A stretch of DNA of 54,737 bases, filler included, from Jimgerdemannia flammicorona (lineage: Eukaryota), in assembly GCA_003990765.1 (NCBI GenBank). It is 2 parts of 2 records of this genome, joined end to end, with 100 filler letters (N's around TTAATTAATTAA, not from the genome) between each part and the next. Parts side by side here need not be neighbours in the genome. Positions count along the whole stretch, not along the records: positions 1 to 27,320 come from RBNJ01000640.1; 1 more part is not named here. One strand, 5' to 3'. Below the pieces are notes generated by a model. It made no database searches. It was not told the origin of the DNA and worked only from the letters and a program-made list of their open reading frames with translations. Of this stretch, positions 12,375 through 26,130 are shown one piece after another (positions within the stretch are counted from its first letter, which is position 1; each line of letters begins with the position of its first letter). The position numbers and the translations under genes were made by a program.

Positions 12375-13822
12375 ATGACGCCGAATTTGATTTGTTCGAG
12401 CCATTCTAAGTTCGTACCCAGCCTTTTCAGGGACCGTGTATGTAGCATCGTTCCTTCCCCTCACCTCACCTATTCCCTCCCTCTTACACACCATGTTTAC
12501 TCCCCTCCTTGTCTTCATCTCTGCCCTTCTAGAGAAAACACCCCACCCTTCCCCGGGCCCCGACGAGGCCGTCGTCGACAAGACCACCTTCCACATCGGC
12601 TCTCGCAAGTCCCAACTGGCCCTGGTGCAGTCCGAACAAGTGCAAGCCCAGTTAACCAAGCAGCACGCGGATCTCGATTTCCCTATTGTGACCATGTCAA
12701 CCTTGGGCGACCGCGTGCTGGACCTGGCCCTCTCCAAGATCGGCGAGAAGTCGCTCTTCACCAAGGATCTCGAGGTCGCCCTCTCCGACCGCCGCGTCGA
12801 TCTCGTCGTCCACTCGCTCAAGGACCTGCCTACCGTTCTACCAGAGGGTATGACCCTTGGCGCTATCCTTAAGAGGGAGGACCCCAGGGACGCCGTCGTT
12901 ATGTCGGAGAAGAACCAGGGGTTGACCCTCGCCACCCTGCCCAAGGGGAGCGTGATTGGGACAAGCTCTGTGAGGAGGATCGCTCAACTTAAGAGAGCAT
13001 ATCCAGACTTGGAGTTCATGGATGTGGTATGTTCTGGGTTGATAGTGCGGTGACTCGGGAATTGAGTTTTTCCTTTGAGATTTGTTTATGGATTTGGCGG
13101 TGCTTGAAGATGCCATCCAAACATGGGCATTATAATCACGCCTCCCCTTGACATCAATTCCTGTCCATAAATCTCATCCTCTTCCCCCTCTCCCCCCCCC
13201 CCAAAAAAAAAAATAAAAAATAAAATAAAAAAAAATAAAAAAAAAATACTCCCGTCATTTTCAGCGCGGTAATCTCAACACCCGCCTCACCAAGCTCGAC
13301 AACCCCTCTGGCCCTTTTTCCGCCCTAATTCTCGCCGCTGCGGGCCTCATCCGCCTGAATTGGTCGCACCGCATTTCCGAGTATCTCGCGCCTAGCATTT
13401 CCCTTCACGCGGTCTCACAGGGCGCACTGGGGATCGAGTGCCGGGCCGACGATGCCGAGACGCTAGAGTTGCTCCGGCCACTTAATGATCGTGATACCGT
13501 GCTCCAGTGTTTGGCAGAGCGGGCGTTATTGCGTACGCTCGAGGGCGGATGTAGCGTGCCCATAGGGGTGAACTCGTGGTTTGTCGGGGAGGAGAGAGGG
13601 CCGAGGGAGCTGAAGCTGAGGGGCGTGGTGGCCAGCCTCGATGGCGCGACGGCCCTGTATGCGGAGCACGGGGTCAGGGTCGGGTGGGAAGCTGAGATCG
13701 AGGAAGAAGTGGCGGCGGAGTTGGGGAGGAAGGTAGCTAGGGACTTGTTGGAACAAGGGGCTGGGGCAATTTTGAAGGAGTTAACGAAGGGAAGGGAGGT
13801 GATTGGGGCGGCTGCGACTTGA
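12375..13822 (+). CDS. HEM3: Porphobilinogen deaminase (hydroxymethylbilane synthase)
   Basis: [43 protein letters not shown]; intron 13027-13264, then [26 protein letters not shown] carries the dipyrromethane Cys. Start and first exon uncertain (12375 vs 12493). Confidence 0.95.
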
Positions 13823-14429
13823 GAGGGGTAATAAAAACATTGGTGATTGTGGAGTTGCAACTACTGTCTTTTGTCCGTTGTAATTCTATTTGTCCACTTG
13901 TTTCTCGTTTAAATGGCCATAGGCTTCGTAAATGCTGTACATTTTAAAACAATAGAGGTAAAGACTGCACACAAACCTACAATAGACGAATAGAGTGGAT
14001 TTAGGAACGCATGTATCTTCCATGGCTAACGACTGGTCGACCCGAACCTCCCCCAGTCCCAGAAAGAAACGTGCGCGCACTCTCGGGACTTATTTGACCG
14101 ACCTCAAACGACACGTCAACAACAACGATGACGCATACTATATAATTAGGAGCCGACGGGGTGTTTAAGATTCACGATGGCGGCAATAGGGGCGGAGACT
14201 GAGGCGGAGGCGGAGGCGGAGGCGGAGGTGGAGGCGGGGGGCGAAAGTGGAGGCGCTCGCGCGGTGCAAGATGATAGATTGGAAGAAGGTTTCAAGAGAG
14301 TACTGACAATGGGTATGGGACAGGGTGTATAGCGAGACGGTGAAATATGGAGCGTCATCACTTTGTCAGCATCGTCGGGTGATTTTATAAGAGGGTTTCG
14401 ACAAAACGGGGCTTATGGTGTTCGCTATC

Positions 14430-15260
14430 TGGTCAGCAATCCACCCTCAATCTTACCCAATCCCCCTGGAGGGTCCCCCACCCCCTCATGGTTGAAAGAA
14501 ACCACCCCCCCAACAATCAGAATCCTCCCTCCACTCTTCATACACATCTTCTTCACCAAATCTCAGCAAAGATCCCTTCTGTATTCTCACCCAGTCTACC
14601 ACCCATTCAATAAGTCCAACATTAACCACTCCCACCATATCATTCTAGCCTCCAGGGATAACCACTGGTCCTCTCTCAAAAATATACAGTCAATGTCCAG
14701 ATAACCCAACCTATACAGCAAAGGCCTATCTCACCAAAAGCTACTTATCTCTCACTCATCTCATCAGATGTGATTGAAGAGCATCTTATCTTCCCCCCTC
14801 TATCCTTGCAGGCCACACTCTTAGCTAACTCTCAATTATTAATTAGAAATTTGACAACACTATATTTACCTAGCTAGTATTCCAGAGTCTGTATCACACT
14901 GTCCTCCTGCTCTATATTGAAGTACTCTTTACAGTCAAACAACCCTCTTTTGATCAAATGTTCTGATCTAAAATTCAGTATTATATTCTACTGCAAAAGT
15001 TACCACTACACTATTTAGAACTTAGGTGGTAGCCACCTTAATACTACTATATTTCAAGACCAGATATCTGCCTAGTTCTAGATCTCATCAATACTTATCT
15101 CTTACCAGCTCTCTAGCTATAGATCTCTTCTCTGTTTTTACTGATATTCTATATCATCTTCTAGTCAAAAGTCAACTATTGAGGAGCCTCTCAATAGAAG
15201 ATAATTCTACCATCATATCTTTAATCCTATCATCAGTTCTATCTCTCTTTGTCTCTTACT
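14430..15260 (-). mobile_element. LINE ORF2 C-terminal/3' relic
   Basis: CpG-depleted; homologous to 8590-8720; decayed zf-RVT-like segment (QTLEY*LGKYSVV ~ ET.EH.L..C) near 14860-14900. Confidence 0.6.
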
Positions 15261-15650
15261 AAAAAAAAAAAAAAAAAACTAATGGTCTACAATTCTCTCA
15301 ACTGTTCAATAGAATTATAGCTCAGATATATCTTTTTGAGGTTCTTGATTGTTATATATTATGGTGAAATGTGGTAATTTATTCTCACCTAGATAGAATT
15401 TCTCTACAGTATTTCAGATCTATCAGATTTTTTTATATATCATTACTATTAGTAATCTTGGTATAAAATTTTTAGAATTTTATTAGTAATTCTATAAGTA
15501 TTAGCAGAAAGAGTCAAAATAGTAGTTATAAGCTAGTATTTTTTTTTTTTAATATTATAATATTTAGAGTTGGGTAAGATTAAGAGACTGAGTTTGAATA
15601 GTGGTATGGTGAAAGAATTAGATGTTTTAAATAATTAGTAAATTATGAAT

Positions 15651-15651
<1 letters not shown>

Positions 15652-15742
<91 letters not shown>
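15652..15742. repeat. ~90-nt poly(T) tract at a repeat/gene-island boundary
   Basis: Seen directly. Confidence 0.9.
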
Positions 15743-16809
15743 CTGTATATTTTTATTATTTGTTATAATTTGTTATTGCTTTTATTTATTTATTTATTTG
15801 ATTTGATTTATTATAAAATACACTCATCACTCTTACTATGTGTGCTGTAAGCAAATATATATTTACCTTGACTATTAAAGAGGCCAGAATGCAAATGAGA
15901 AGAGACAATGAGGAGGGGTGGCAGCAAAGAAAATAAAAAGGGTGAGGATGAGGAGGGCAAGACCCAAACTGTTGCTTATCAGTCTGCTTGCTACGAGACA
16001 CTTTTGCAACCCCTTCCACTTTGTATGCAGTTACTCATAACAGAGGATAGTGTGAAATTGTGAACCGAGTTTCTTCATAAATGGTGCAGACTCGTGCCTT
16101 CATGGTGACATGGCGGATGGCCAAGATCGCGTCGGGCGTATATTCGATCCGCCCATTCCGCAATCGATTTGTAGGAAGTATAAGGACGGTTACGGGAGGC
16201 AGAGAGAGACGCGAAGAGGGAGGTGAAAGGGAGGCATCCAGGAGGATTTTTTTTTTCCTTTTTTGACATGAATAAAGCAGAATGGTGGGATGTTGCTTTT
16301 TGGATCGGAGACGACGCTTACAATAGATAAGGGGCATTGCGCTGTTGGGTGTATGACTAAGCATTCCATCCGAAATCTCGTCTAGTCATTGCAGTTTGAT
16401 CGGACCACTGCCAAGTGACCGATAGAAGATACTGTCACTCAAACATTGTCAAATCCCTTCTGTCGTAATGTCTAATGACAATATCGCAGAAAGGCGTGTG
16501 ACCATCGTGACACCTTTGTAGCTTGTTCTACTCTGTCAGAAGCTTAGGGTTTTAGGTTCCGACCAGTGTATCACAATGCATGCTCAGTCGTTACTGCTGC
16601 CTGAACATGCCCTAACGTCGTCTCAAAACCTCTTGCAATTTTAACGTGTGCGTCTTAATATTATCTTATCTCTTCTTTCAATCTGCATTTCTCTGCGAAA
16701 AGAGCCTCTTCGGGTACACGTTAATTAATGTAAACATCTTTGAATCCATGTCGTTTTAGGTGAAGGAAGTATTGAACATATACTCATAGGCCGTACAACC
16801 GGCGTGGTG

Positions 16810-16817
16810 TGACGTCA
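16810..16817. promoter_or_regulatory. Perfect CRE/ATF palindrome TGACGTCA ~1.4 kb upstream of the PKA catalytic gene
   Basis: Exact 8-mer match only; function untested. Confidence 0.25.
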
Positions 16818-18242
16818 TAGCGACCAGAGTACTGGGCCAGAGTAACAGAAACACTTGTAACCCTTCGCTCCTCCCGACAAACCTGAGGTGCCACATGACC
16901 ATGACAAAATGTCATGTCAAAGTAGAAAGAGGGTGTCATTCACATTTGCGTTGGACCTCGTTTGACCGTGTTGGCATCGTCACGAACAGTGTTCAGATTC
17001 CATCGACCTAACGCAGAGTCTCCATCGCGCAAGGGACATCGACATCGCGCGGTTCAGTTGGGTTGCACGACGTCTTGGCACCCCGAACATCGCGCCTGAA
17101 TGGATCCTCCGCGCTTGGGTCCGTCACATGGTTCCACCGCGACGCCCTACCCGTTGTTCGAGCGAGCCGTGCCTCTCTGCACCCTGCGTCGAGATCTTGG
17201 GGGGCAAGCGGGGAGCCTCGAAAGCGGAGATCGTAATTACACCACCATCGGAATTTGGGAATCCGTGCGACGGTCGGAGGCCTCGTCGGTCGCGCAGGAG
17301 ACCCCGCAACGGATCGACATCGAGTTTTAACATGTTGTACTGAAATTAGGACATGTGCAGCTGGTCTTCGCGATTATGAAGAATCTTGGCAGTGAATTTC
17401 ACGAAAGGGGGAATAATGCGCATGAAGAAGGGGAACGAGACACGAATGTGAACAGGTGAAAAAAAAAAAAAACCCCCCTGGCATGTTGCTCGTCTGTTCC
17501 CATCTGGGAATGGATGAACTTGATACTTGCAAGTAATGTAGGGTTGGATTGGTTATATTCGAAATTTGTGGCTAAATATATCATTTGGCATATAGGTTCG
17601 TTTGGTGTGGCGCATCGGATATTGCGCCAGTGTCATCCAGATACTGCACCTACGTGACACGCAACACTCAACGAACAATCGCAATGGGGTATGGGGTGTG
17701 GCTTGAATCAAGCCATGGTATCATCTGGGGCCCTGTAACTTTGGGGGAGGGAACGCATTGTTCTGATACAAGCTAGTGTGTCTTGTGTGATGTACTTTAG
17801 ATTTAAGGTGAAAGACGTGAACGATAAGATGGCAAGGATGGCAAGGGAACACAGATGCATCACATAGATGACACGGGACAAGGCGAGGGGTGTTTGGTAC
17901 CTGGCATCAAAAAAACATTTTTCACAGTCTCGACCAGCTTGTAGAACCTTTTCTGGCGGGCGCGTGCACTACTCCAATTGCCAAAAAGCTGCGCTCCTCT
18001 TTCTGCACCCAGCCCTCTTCTTTGTCTTCGGCGCGCTTCGCCAACCCGTTGGAGGGAAAGTGACTGTCTCTCGGGACCCCGTATTTCGGTATTTCTACGT
18101 TGCGACACAAGCAACCCCTTCACCTGCAGCCGCACGCCCTCTTTCTTTCACCGCTCTGTCGCGCCGCCTTTACTTATTCCGTCTCCGCGTCCTCTCTCTC
18201 CCCTCCCCATTCTCCCTCCCGCCATCGTACACTTCGTAAAGC

Positions 18243-19845
18243 ATGTCAATATTTTTTACCAAAATTATTGATAAAGCCAAGCAAGCTTCCCAGGGCCATA
18301 TTCAACCGCAAGGTAGCGAAAACAACGTGCAACCATCCGCCTATTCCTCATCCTCCGGCGATGGAGCCTCAAACGCCCACCGGGGCAGACGAAGATCAAC
18401 CTCGTTTTCTCATTCTGCTCTCATCTCCACCAGCCACCGCTCCTGGTCTACCTTTGTCCCCCCCAGGGTCGTCACAGAACAGTTTCAGCAACGCTCCACC
18501 CAAGAGTGACGAGGACTCAAACCGCATGAGCGTGGACGAGTCAGGTGTGTTGAGTGGCCTCGGGTTCCCACGGGGGCTCGGGTTCGCAGATGAGGCGCCA
18601 CCCCTTGCGTCCGTGTTTATCGTTACCCAGGTTGCTGGATACGTCCCTGTACGGGTTCGCCCAAGCAATGAACCAAACCGATCAAATTAACTAATCACGC
18701 GTCAACCTTCGGTCGCGGGCAGACTTCCAGCCTATGCAGCTTTCTGACTCTATGCCCCCACCCAGCACCATACCTCCAGCGAAACCCACTCCACAGCAAC
18801 CCCCACCGCAACCCACCATGGCCCAGCCAGACCAACCGATGGTGCTCGAGCAACAGCAACAAGGTAACTAACAGATTGTTCAGGATAGATTCTGAACTAA
18901 CCAGTTCGGAAATGTATGGGTGAAGAGCGGGCACTTGGCGTCGGAGCTCATGCTAAAATTACCGGAACAACATGACGACCCCACGATCTGACGATAATCT
19001 CAGGACAGTCCGCGATTTGACCGAAGCCAACACATCGATCACCCAATCTCAGGAGTGGACTAAGTGCATCTCACATACAAATCATTCCCCTCTCCTTACC
19101 CAACTATCCACACTTGACTGCATCACCCTCAGAACGACTCACACCGGTCACAACACCGAACTCTCCCCCACTGACTCCCACCACCCCCACAGTCCCTTCC
19201 GTCCCGGCGAACGTTCCCGTCTCCTCCAATCCAAGCGTTACCATCACAGAACTTCACAGCACGTCCCCACCCTCAACCTCAACTCACAACCCCCCCACCA
19301 CCGCTGCGCCCACCGTCGTCCCGACCGCTAGCACCTCGCAACAGAGCAACGGCGGTTCCGTCGGCGCCTTCAACGATGCCGGTATGATCGCGCAGCGGCA
19401 GTCCCGTCCCAAGCTGAAGTTAGCGGATTTCCACCTCTTGCGCACACTGGGCACGGGTTCGTTTGGGCGCGTGCATCTGTCGCAGAGCCGGGTAAACCAT
19501 CGGTTCTACGCCATCAAGGTCTTGAAAAAGAGCGAGGTCGTGCGACTGAAGCAGGTCGAGCACACGAACAATGAGAAGCACATTCTGGAGAAGGTGGCGC
19601 ATCCGTTCCTGGTCAATTTGTGGGGAACCTTCCAGGACGATGGTAATCTTTACATGGTGATGGATTATGTGCCGGGTGGCGAACTATTCAGTGTTTTAAG
19701 AAAAAGTCAGGTGAGATTTTTTTTTTTTTTAAAAAAAAATAAAAGCAAAACAAACCCAATCATTCATATTTATTACGTTCCACACCTTTGCCAATTTTTA
19801 TCATTATTTTTGGTGGTTGTGTCAATCTATTTCAATTTATCGTTA

Positions 19846-19937
<92 letters not shown>

Positions 19938-20923
19938 CTTGGCGGATTGTCGCATATTTACTTAACTCTGGCATGCTGGTATTAATTTTTTCACTATGGT
20001 TATTTCCGGCAACGTATCCACAGCGCTTCCCCGATCATGTCGCGAAATTTTACGCAGCGGAGGTCATCCTCGCAATCGAGTACCTTCATTCGAAAGATAC
20101 CATTTATCGCGATCTCAAACCCGAGAACCTTCTCCTCGACGCGCAGGGTCACATCAAGATCACCGACTTCGGTTTCGCCAAGCACGTTCCTGATATTACT
20201 TGGACCTTGTGCGGGACGCCCGACTACCTGGCTCCGGAGATCATCCAGTCTAAGGGCTACGGTAAGGCTGTCGACTGGTACTCGCTAGGTGTACTCATCT
20301 TCGAAATGCTAGCCGGGTACCCGCCCTTCTACGATGACGATCACCTCAAGCTGTACGAAAAAATCCTGCTCGGGAAAGTGAAATGGCCCTCCTACTTTGA
20401 TCCCTGGGCCAGGGATCTCCTCAAACGTTTGCTCACGCCCGACCTGTCTAAGAGGTTTGGCAACCTCAAGGGCGGGAGCGACGATATCAAGAGGCACCGG
20501 TGGTTTGACGGCGTAGACTTCAACAAAGTGCTGAGGAGGGAGATCAGGGCGCCGTATGTGCCACAGATCCGGGGAGAGGGCGACGCCAGCCATTTCGATA
20601 GGTATCCGGAGGAATCGGAACCGTATGGGCAGGCGCAGTCCGATCCATATAGGTATGGGTTTGGTTTTCACTGCGATTTACTTGTTTCGTGGGATCTTTT
20701 TGGGAAGTTAGGGTTACAAAATGGGCTTAACCCGGGTGTGGAAAGAACAAATGGTATTCGGGACGGATAGCTTGGTGTTTCGTTTATTTTATAGTTTTTG
20801 GGAACACTAAAAAATCTGATGCGTGAGACACAAAACTTATATGCACATCATTAATGGGTCTTCACTACTGCTATATTTTTGTTTTTCGCTTATCTCCACA
20901 GGGAAAAGTTTCCCGACTTTTAA
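18243..20923 (+). CDS. pkaC: cAMP-dependent protein kinase catalytic subunit; exons 18243-18312, 18434-18544, 18723-18863, 19133-19710, 20024-20652, 20902-20923
   Basis: [58 protein letters not shown] and a terminal FPDF* hydrophobic motif. All five GT-AG introns are phase-compatible; the three N-terminal exons are less certain than the kinase domain. Confidence 0.93.
19848..19937. repeat. ~90-nt poly(T) tract within PKA intron 4
   Basis: Seen directly. Confidence 0.9.
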
Positions 20924-22393
20924 GCTCTTTGCTACCTCACCTACTGGACAACGAATATGTAAAAATAACGGACAAGGAGGGAGCGATGTGGAGCCACCGA
21001 CATTTAAACCAAAAATCAAAAAACAAAAATTGCGATCCGAGACCTTAACGGGCATATCAACGACTATCGCCATCTGGCGAACAGACGACGATGTAGAAAT
21101 GGGAATGGAGGGCGAAGGGCAGGTCATTTCGGCAGGACTGGTGGCTTTCGCGCGAACGAAACATTTTCTTTCTTTCTCTTTTCTTTTCTTTTTCTTGAGC
21201 CACATCGATGACTAATTTCGTCTTGCATCGCCGTGCTGTCGTGATTTTGGTCACCGAAGTGGATAGCCAATGAATCGTCTCAGCGTTTTCTTTTTTGATT
21301 AACGTCATGACTATTCTTCTGTTGATTTATTCCCAACCTACCTTTCTCTTCGTTCCCCGCCATCAGGCTTATTTATTCTTCTCCTGACTTTGTTTCGATT
21401 GTATTTTTTTTTTTTTTTTTTTTCTCCCCCAACACGAACACACGCCACCCCTTGTATAACTTCCGGTTGCAGATGAAACATGAAGTTGTTTGACGTTCTT
21501 CCGCAGGGCGGATAATCTTTTGGCAATGCGAGTTCTGCGGGTAGGGGGGACGATCCAAGCTGTGCTGAGATGTGCGACAATTGTGTAATTCGCGTACGGG
21601 AGCTGCTCAGGGCGAGTTAGACTCGGTCCTTCTCCATGATCGATTGGCATGATTTCTCCAAAGAACGTGCGATACCAAGTGCCTTAATCTGTTCGTTGAA
21701 TCAGGAACTTTGGAAATTAACCACTATCGTTTCGTCGCTCATCATTATGCCAATAAAGTTCTATTTTCTGCATTCATGTGTCATGTCGTTTGTGGTATTG
21801 ACCAGGTGGAGTATCTCTTAACTTTACTCGCACTGCTACCAAAACCACCCTGTTTGTTTCCTCTATTCCCATACATCCCAGTATGCTCTCTCATCCCTAC
21901 GAACAGCTCCCTTTCCAAAACCATAGGCCTGTTTATTTTCGCGTACTCTTACCCCCACGGGCAATCCTATTCATCGAAATGCATCCCCATCTCTACTGCC
22001 CTCTTCTACACGCCTGTTTATTTATCCCCTCGTTCCTATTGTCTCATACCCCTCTATCCCACATGCTTTCCTATTTCCGCCGCTCCTATTTCTCCATTTC
22101 CGCCATACATTCCAACCTCACGTGCCTGTTTTTCTAAAACATATTTCATCTCCACAGTCCGCCCTGGATATCCAACGCAACAACCACCACATTTTTCGCG
22201 AACCATGTGAATCGCTCCATTTGAGCTGTCCCCATTACCTTTTGTTTTGTGCCCAGAAATGTGTCTGGCCAGCTCGTTTTTATATAATTAGAAAGTGACT
22301 GCTTAGTAGAATGTGGCTTTCGACACGTGATCGTTTCAGCATAGGAAATATAAACACACTGAAAACAACACGGAGAATCTTGCCCGAGTCACA

Positions 22394-23620
22394 ATGACCA
22401 TTCGACCAGATAGGCGCACGGAGCCCACCCAATTACGCCCGTTCAGCTCGTCGCAGAACCTGTTGAACCGATGTGACGGGTCGGCGCAGTTTCAGTTTGG
22501 TTAGTTGGTGGCATTGATAGTTGCGGCAATGGCATCGAAGCAAATAGCAAACAAAATTCAAGCACAACTTTATCCCAAAAAACATTAACTTTCCGGCTTT
22601 CTTGCCGCCTTACAAGACAAGACCGCCGTCCTCGTCTCTATCACGGGTCCCACGGAGGTGAAGTTCCGAGACGAGAAACTTGACCGGGCCTCGCTTGAGG
22701 TGATTGTGCGACCGCTGACGGGCCTGTCCTCGACGAAGGAGCGCGTGCTTGAGAATGTGATGAGATCTACCTTTGCCAACGTAATTCTCACTGGGCTGCA
22801 CCCACGCACGAGTATTCAGATCGTCGCGCAGGTCATGAAGGACGACGGTTGTGTGAGTGTCGGGGTTATTGCTGTTTGCTTACTGGTAGTCTGTGGGGTA
22901 AGGTATGACAAGCTGGATAATTCTTCAGCGAAATCTTTAACATCTATAGCGTATTTTGGACTGCACCAGGTCCAGTCCGCTGCCATTAACGCCACCACTA
23001 TGGCCCTGCTCGACGCCGGCATACCGATGAACGCGCTGGTCGGGTCAGTGACGTGTATGGTTGGCAAGGAGGACGGCGAGATCCTGATGGACCCTACGAT
23101 GGAGGAGCTGAGCGTAGGTTTTAGGAGTGGTTTGTGTGGTGGATGGGTGGCGCATTTTCGTGTTGTTCGGGTTTTGCTGACCGAACTCAATGTTCTGCCT
23201 GCTTCCGTCTCGGCAGCGCGCCCGGTCAATCCATACGTTTGCATTCGACAGCGCTTCCAGGACGTCGGTGATGATGGACGAGAATGGAGGGAAAGGGACG
23301 TCGGGTGGCGTGGTATTATATTCGGAGTCCACGGGAGATTTCACGGAGGATGAGGTGTGTTTCTCTTGATACTTTTCTGTTTTGTTTTTTACTGGTGGAA
23401 AACAACTATAATAATAGCAAGGAGCGGAGAGAAACGCAGTGGTGGCTTTACAAGGCATGACTTGACATTCATTCATCTTCCATCCATCCATCCCATGCAC
23501 TACTAGTACTTTGGGTGCATGTCGTTGTGCCAGCAGGCGACGCACAAAGTGCATGGGTTTGTGCGGACGGCGGTGGAGAAAAAGATTGAGCGGGAGTACC
23601 AGCAGATTACTGGATCGTAG
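22394..23620 (+). CDS. RRP46: Exosome complex RNase PH-like subunit Rrp46 (multi-exon)
   Basis: LRPFSSSQNLLNRCDGSAQF, VLVSITGPTEV, EVIVRP, HPRTSIQIVAQV..DDG, AAINATTMALLDAGIPM, DPT.EE; last exon ends ..QQITGS*. Confidence 0.85.
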
Positions 23621-23667
23621 TTTTGTTGCAGCAAAGTGAATAAAGTGTCAAATTCAGTCCCGTGGGA

Positions 23668-23675
23668 TGACGTCA
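23668..23675. promoter_or_regulatory. CRE/ATF palindrome TGACGTCA in the short RRP46-CET1 intergenic region
   Basis: Exact match ~65 bp upstream of the likely CET1 ATG. Confidence 0.35.
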
Positions 23676-23739
23676 CGGACGAGGTTATGTGTCCATATCT
23701 CAACAAAACCAGGACTGCGTCTCCCTTTCTTTCACTACA

Positions 23740-25521
23740 ATGGAACTCCAAGAGAACCATTCCTCTGGCGAGTCTGGCTCGGGCTCGGACTCTGACTCCG
23801 ACTCGGCAAGCACCCCAGACATTGAGCTGGATTTCGATTCTGATGACGACGAACCCGAGCAAACCATCACTCATGACGATAACGGTCCTCCTCTCAAGCG
23901 CCCTCGTGTCTCGGACGACGCCGATACTACCGCTGTGACAGACAAGCAGAAATCGGATCCACAGCCGAATCCAGAACCTAACCTGGAGGAAGATCCCTTT
24001 GCTGCTTTCGACGCCATACGGAATCAGAACCAGATGAATCATGCCCCACCAAAACCTACACAGCTCATGTCGAACCATGCTCCGGCCTCCTCGTCCTCTT
24101 CGTCGCACGCACAAGCAAGGCCATGGGCAAACCAGAGCGGCCAACCCTCAAGACCTCTCGAGCCGTCAATATTCAACACGATACCGACGGATCCTGTGGC
24201 GAGAAGGGTTGCCGAGTTTTTAACCGAACATCTACCGAGACCGAATGTTGAGGTTAGGACCTCTTTGTTTTACCTAACCTTAAGTGGCTTTGAGACCTGT
24301 GAAGTTCAGTCCCCAAATATTCAGCTACAATAACCACTTTGTGGCTCTCTCTCAACATGCTCACCTTGACGCATTCTCAAACTAAGATTGAGGCCAAACT
24401 CGGTGTCCTCATCGACAAGCAGAGTAACCAAAGGATAAAGCTGGCTGTAGAATCTGAAACTGGTTAGTTTATCAGTATTTTATTTTATTTATTTTATTTT
24501 TGAGCCTTGATCCCGTCAACCGACATTTCTCTCTCTCTCTGGTCAGTCCTAGCCGCGGGCGACGACAAGTGGTATCGATTCGAATCCAACATGACCATGG
24601 ACCAGCACAGCATGTTCAACAAAATGCTCAATGAGCAGGTTACTCGAAGCCAGCATCGCGACTACAAGGTACATTTCGAAAGTCTATTCTTATATCGCTC
24701 TATAACCATGAATGCTGATCGTGCCAACCAACCCCAATCTCGCATTTCCTCCTTTCTCACAGGGCGCTAAGATTCAATATAAGCACACGAAGGAGTGTGA
24801 CCGCTTCTACGACGTTGGTCAGTCCAAGGTCCGGGTAACAACAGATCAGGCTACCGGGCAAGTCGTCCCTGGTGGTATCGTAGAAAAGGTCCGGGTTGCG
24901 AACCTGAACGTGTTCTCACCAGGGTCAGCGTTCGATTATCGGATAAGCGTAAATGTTGAGGTTCCAGGTGGGTTGCATTGCGATGAGGAAAAGGGTGGAG
25001 GGAAGATGGTCTGTGGATCGGAGAAGTCGGCCCTCAATAGACTTTTTTTTTTTTTTTTAAAAAAAAAAAAACAAAAAACAAAAAATTAGTCAAGATGCCC
25101 ACCGGGACGCCGCTATTTGAACGCAACAAGGACAGGCTCTCGTACACACATCAGGCCATCAAGTTCGATCTGACGCAGGTCAAGGGCGCACAGGTACGTT
25201 TTCTGGATATCTTTCTCTTGAATGGTTTGAGGTTTGAATGGCGGGTAGCAGATTGCGGATGGCATTGGGATCGAAGAGTTCCACCTACATGGCGGATTTT
25301 TATTAACTAGCAACTTATTCCTTCTCTCCCAAATCGACCCACAGCGAGCCAACGGCTCACCCCCCGATATGACGCATGAGCTCGAACTCGAGTTTGTCTG
25401 CCCAAAGGATCTACTACGCGATCGTGACCGAACCGATGGCGACAGGAAGCTCGTTGAAGCCGTGGGCGTGCTCATCAATAACGTGCGCATGCTGAATGCG
25501 AGGGCAGGGAGGAGGAGATGA
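23740..25521 (+). CDS. CET1: mRNA-capping RNA 5'-triphosphatase (Cet1, triphosphate tunnel metalloenzyme); ~6 exons
   Basis: Acidic disordered N-terminus, LEPSIFN, NVE|IEAKLG (motif A), FESNMT, VRVTTD, DYRISVNVE, RNKDRLSY, FDLTQV, HELELE (motif C). An alternative upstream GTG/ATG start near 23689 is possible. Confidence 0.9.
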
Positions 25522-26130
25522 TTGGTAGAGGGGCAGGAGGGAGGGAGGCCCCTTGCGAACAAGCCTTGGTGTGTTTGTTGGCTCTTGGCTAATATTAGAG
25601 TACTAGCACATAGTAGACGGGAACGGAATGGATGTGGTCGCAAGATTTCATGATATCTCTTTGTAGATGTGCAATGAGGTTGCGCAACCATGAAGACGCA
25701 GAAAATTGTTCACGTTTTTGCACTTTTTTCTGCTTTAGTTTCCTTTTGTATCATCTTTTCCCTCTGTGCCCTCGTTCTCTTTCGTATGTTTCTATGTTTG
25801 AGGGGGCGGCCTGTTATTACCCCTATTGTGCCGATTTGTGATCATAAGTATCTAGCATGACCGCCCAGAATGCTCTGCGCGAAACCCTTTGTCAATAGAA
25901 TTAAATCTGCGCGCATGTTTAGTGAGGGAACAATGCGCATTGTAAGTAGTGGTCTTTTTAAGCGATGGGATTAAAGATAGTAGGTAAATTATATTACAAT
26001 TATCAGGCGGAGTGATGTGTGATGGTTGTACATGTACAAGGAAATTATGCAACGTGAATATAGTACAATCTGATCCCCGATCAGGAGCCGTATGCCGGGT
26101 CCACAGTCCCGCAACGAATGAGCGATATTT

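Noticed and set aside
16000..18200. Possible tRNA/ncRNA or small genes upstream of PKA
   Set aside because: No cloverleaf, snoRNA box or credible ORF recognised by eye; an Infernal/Rfam scan would be needed.
21710..22210. 166-aa Pro/Ser/Tyr-rich ORF
   Set aside because: Non-ATG start, pyrimidine-rich low complexity and no domain.
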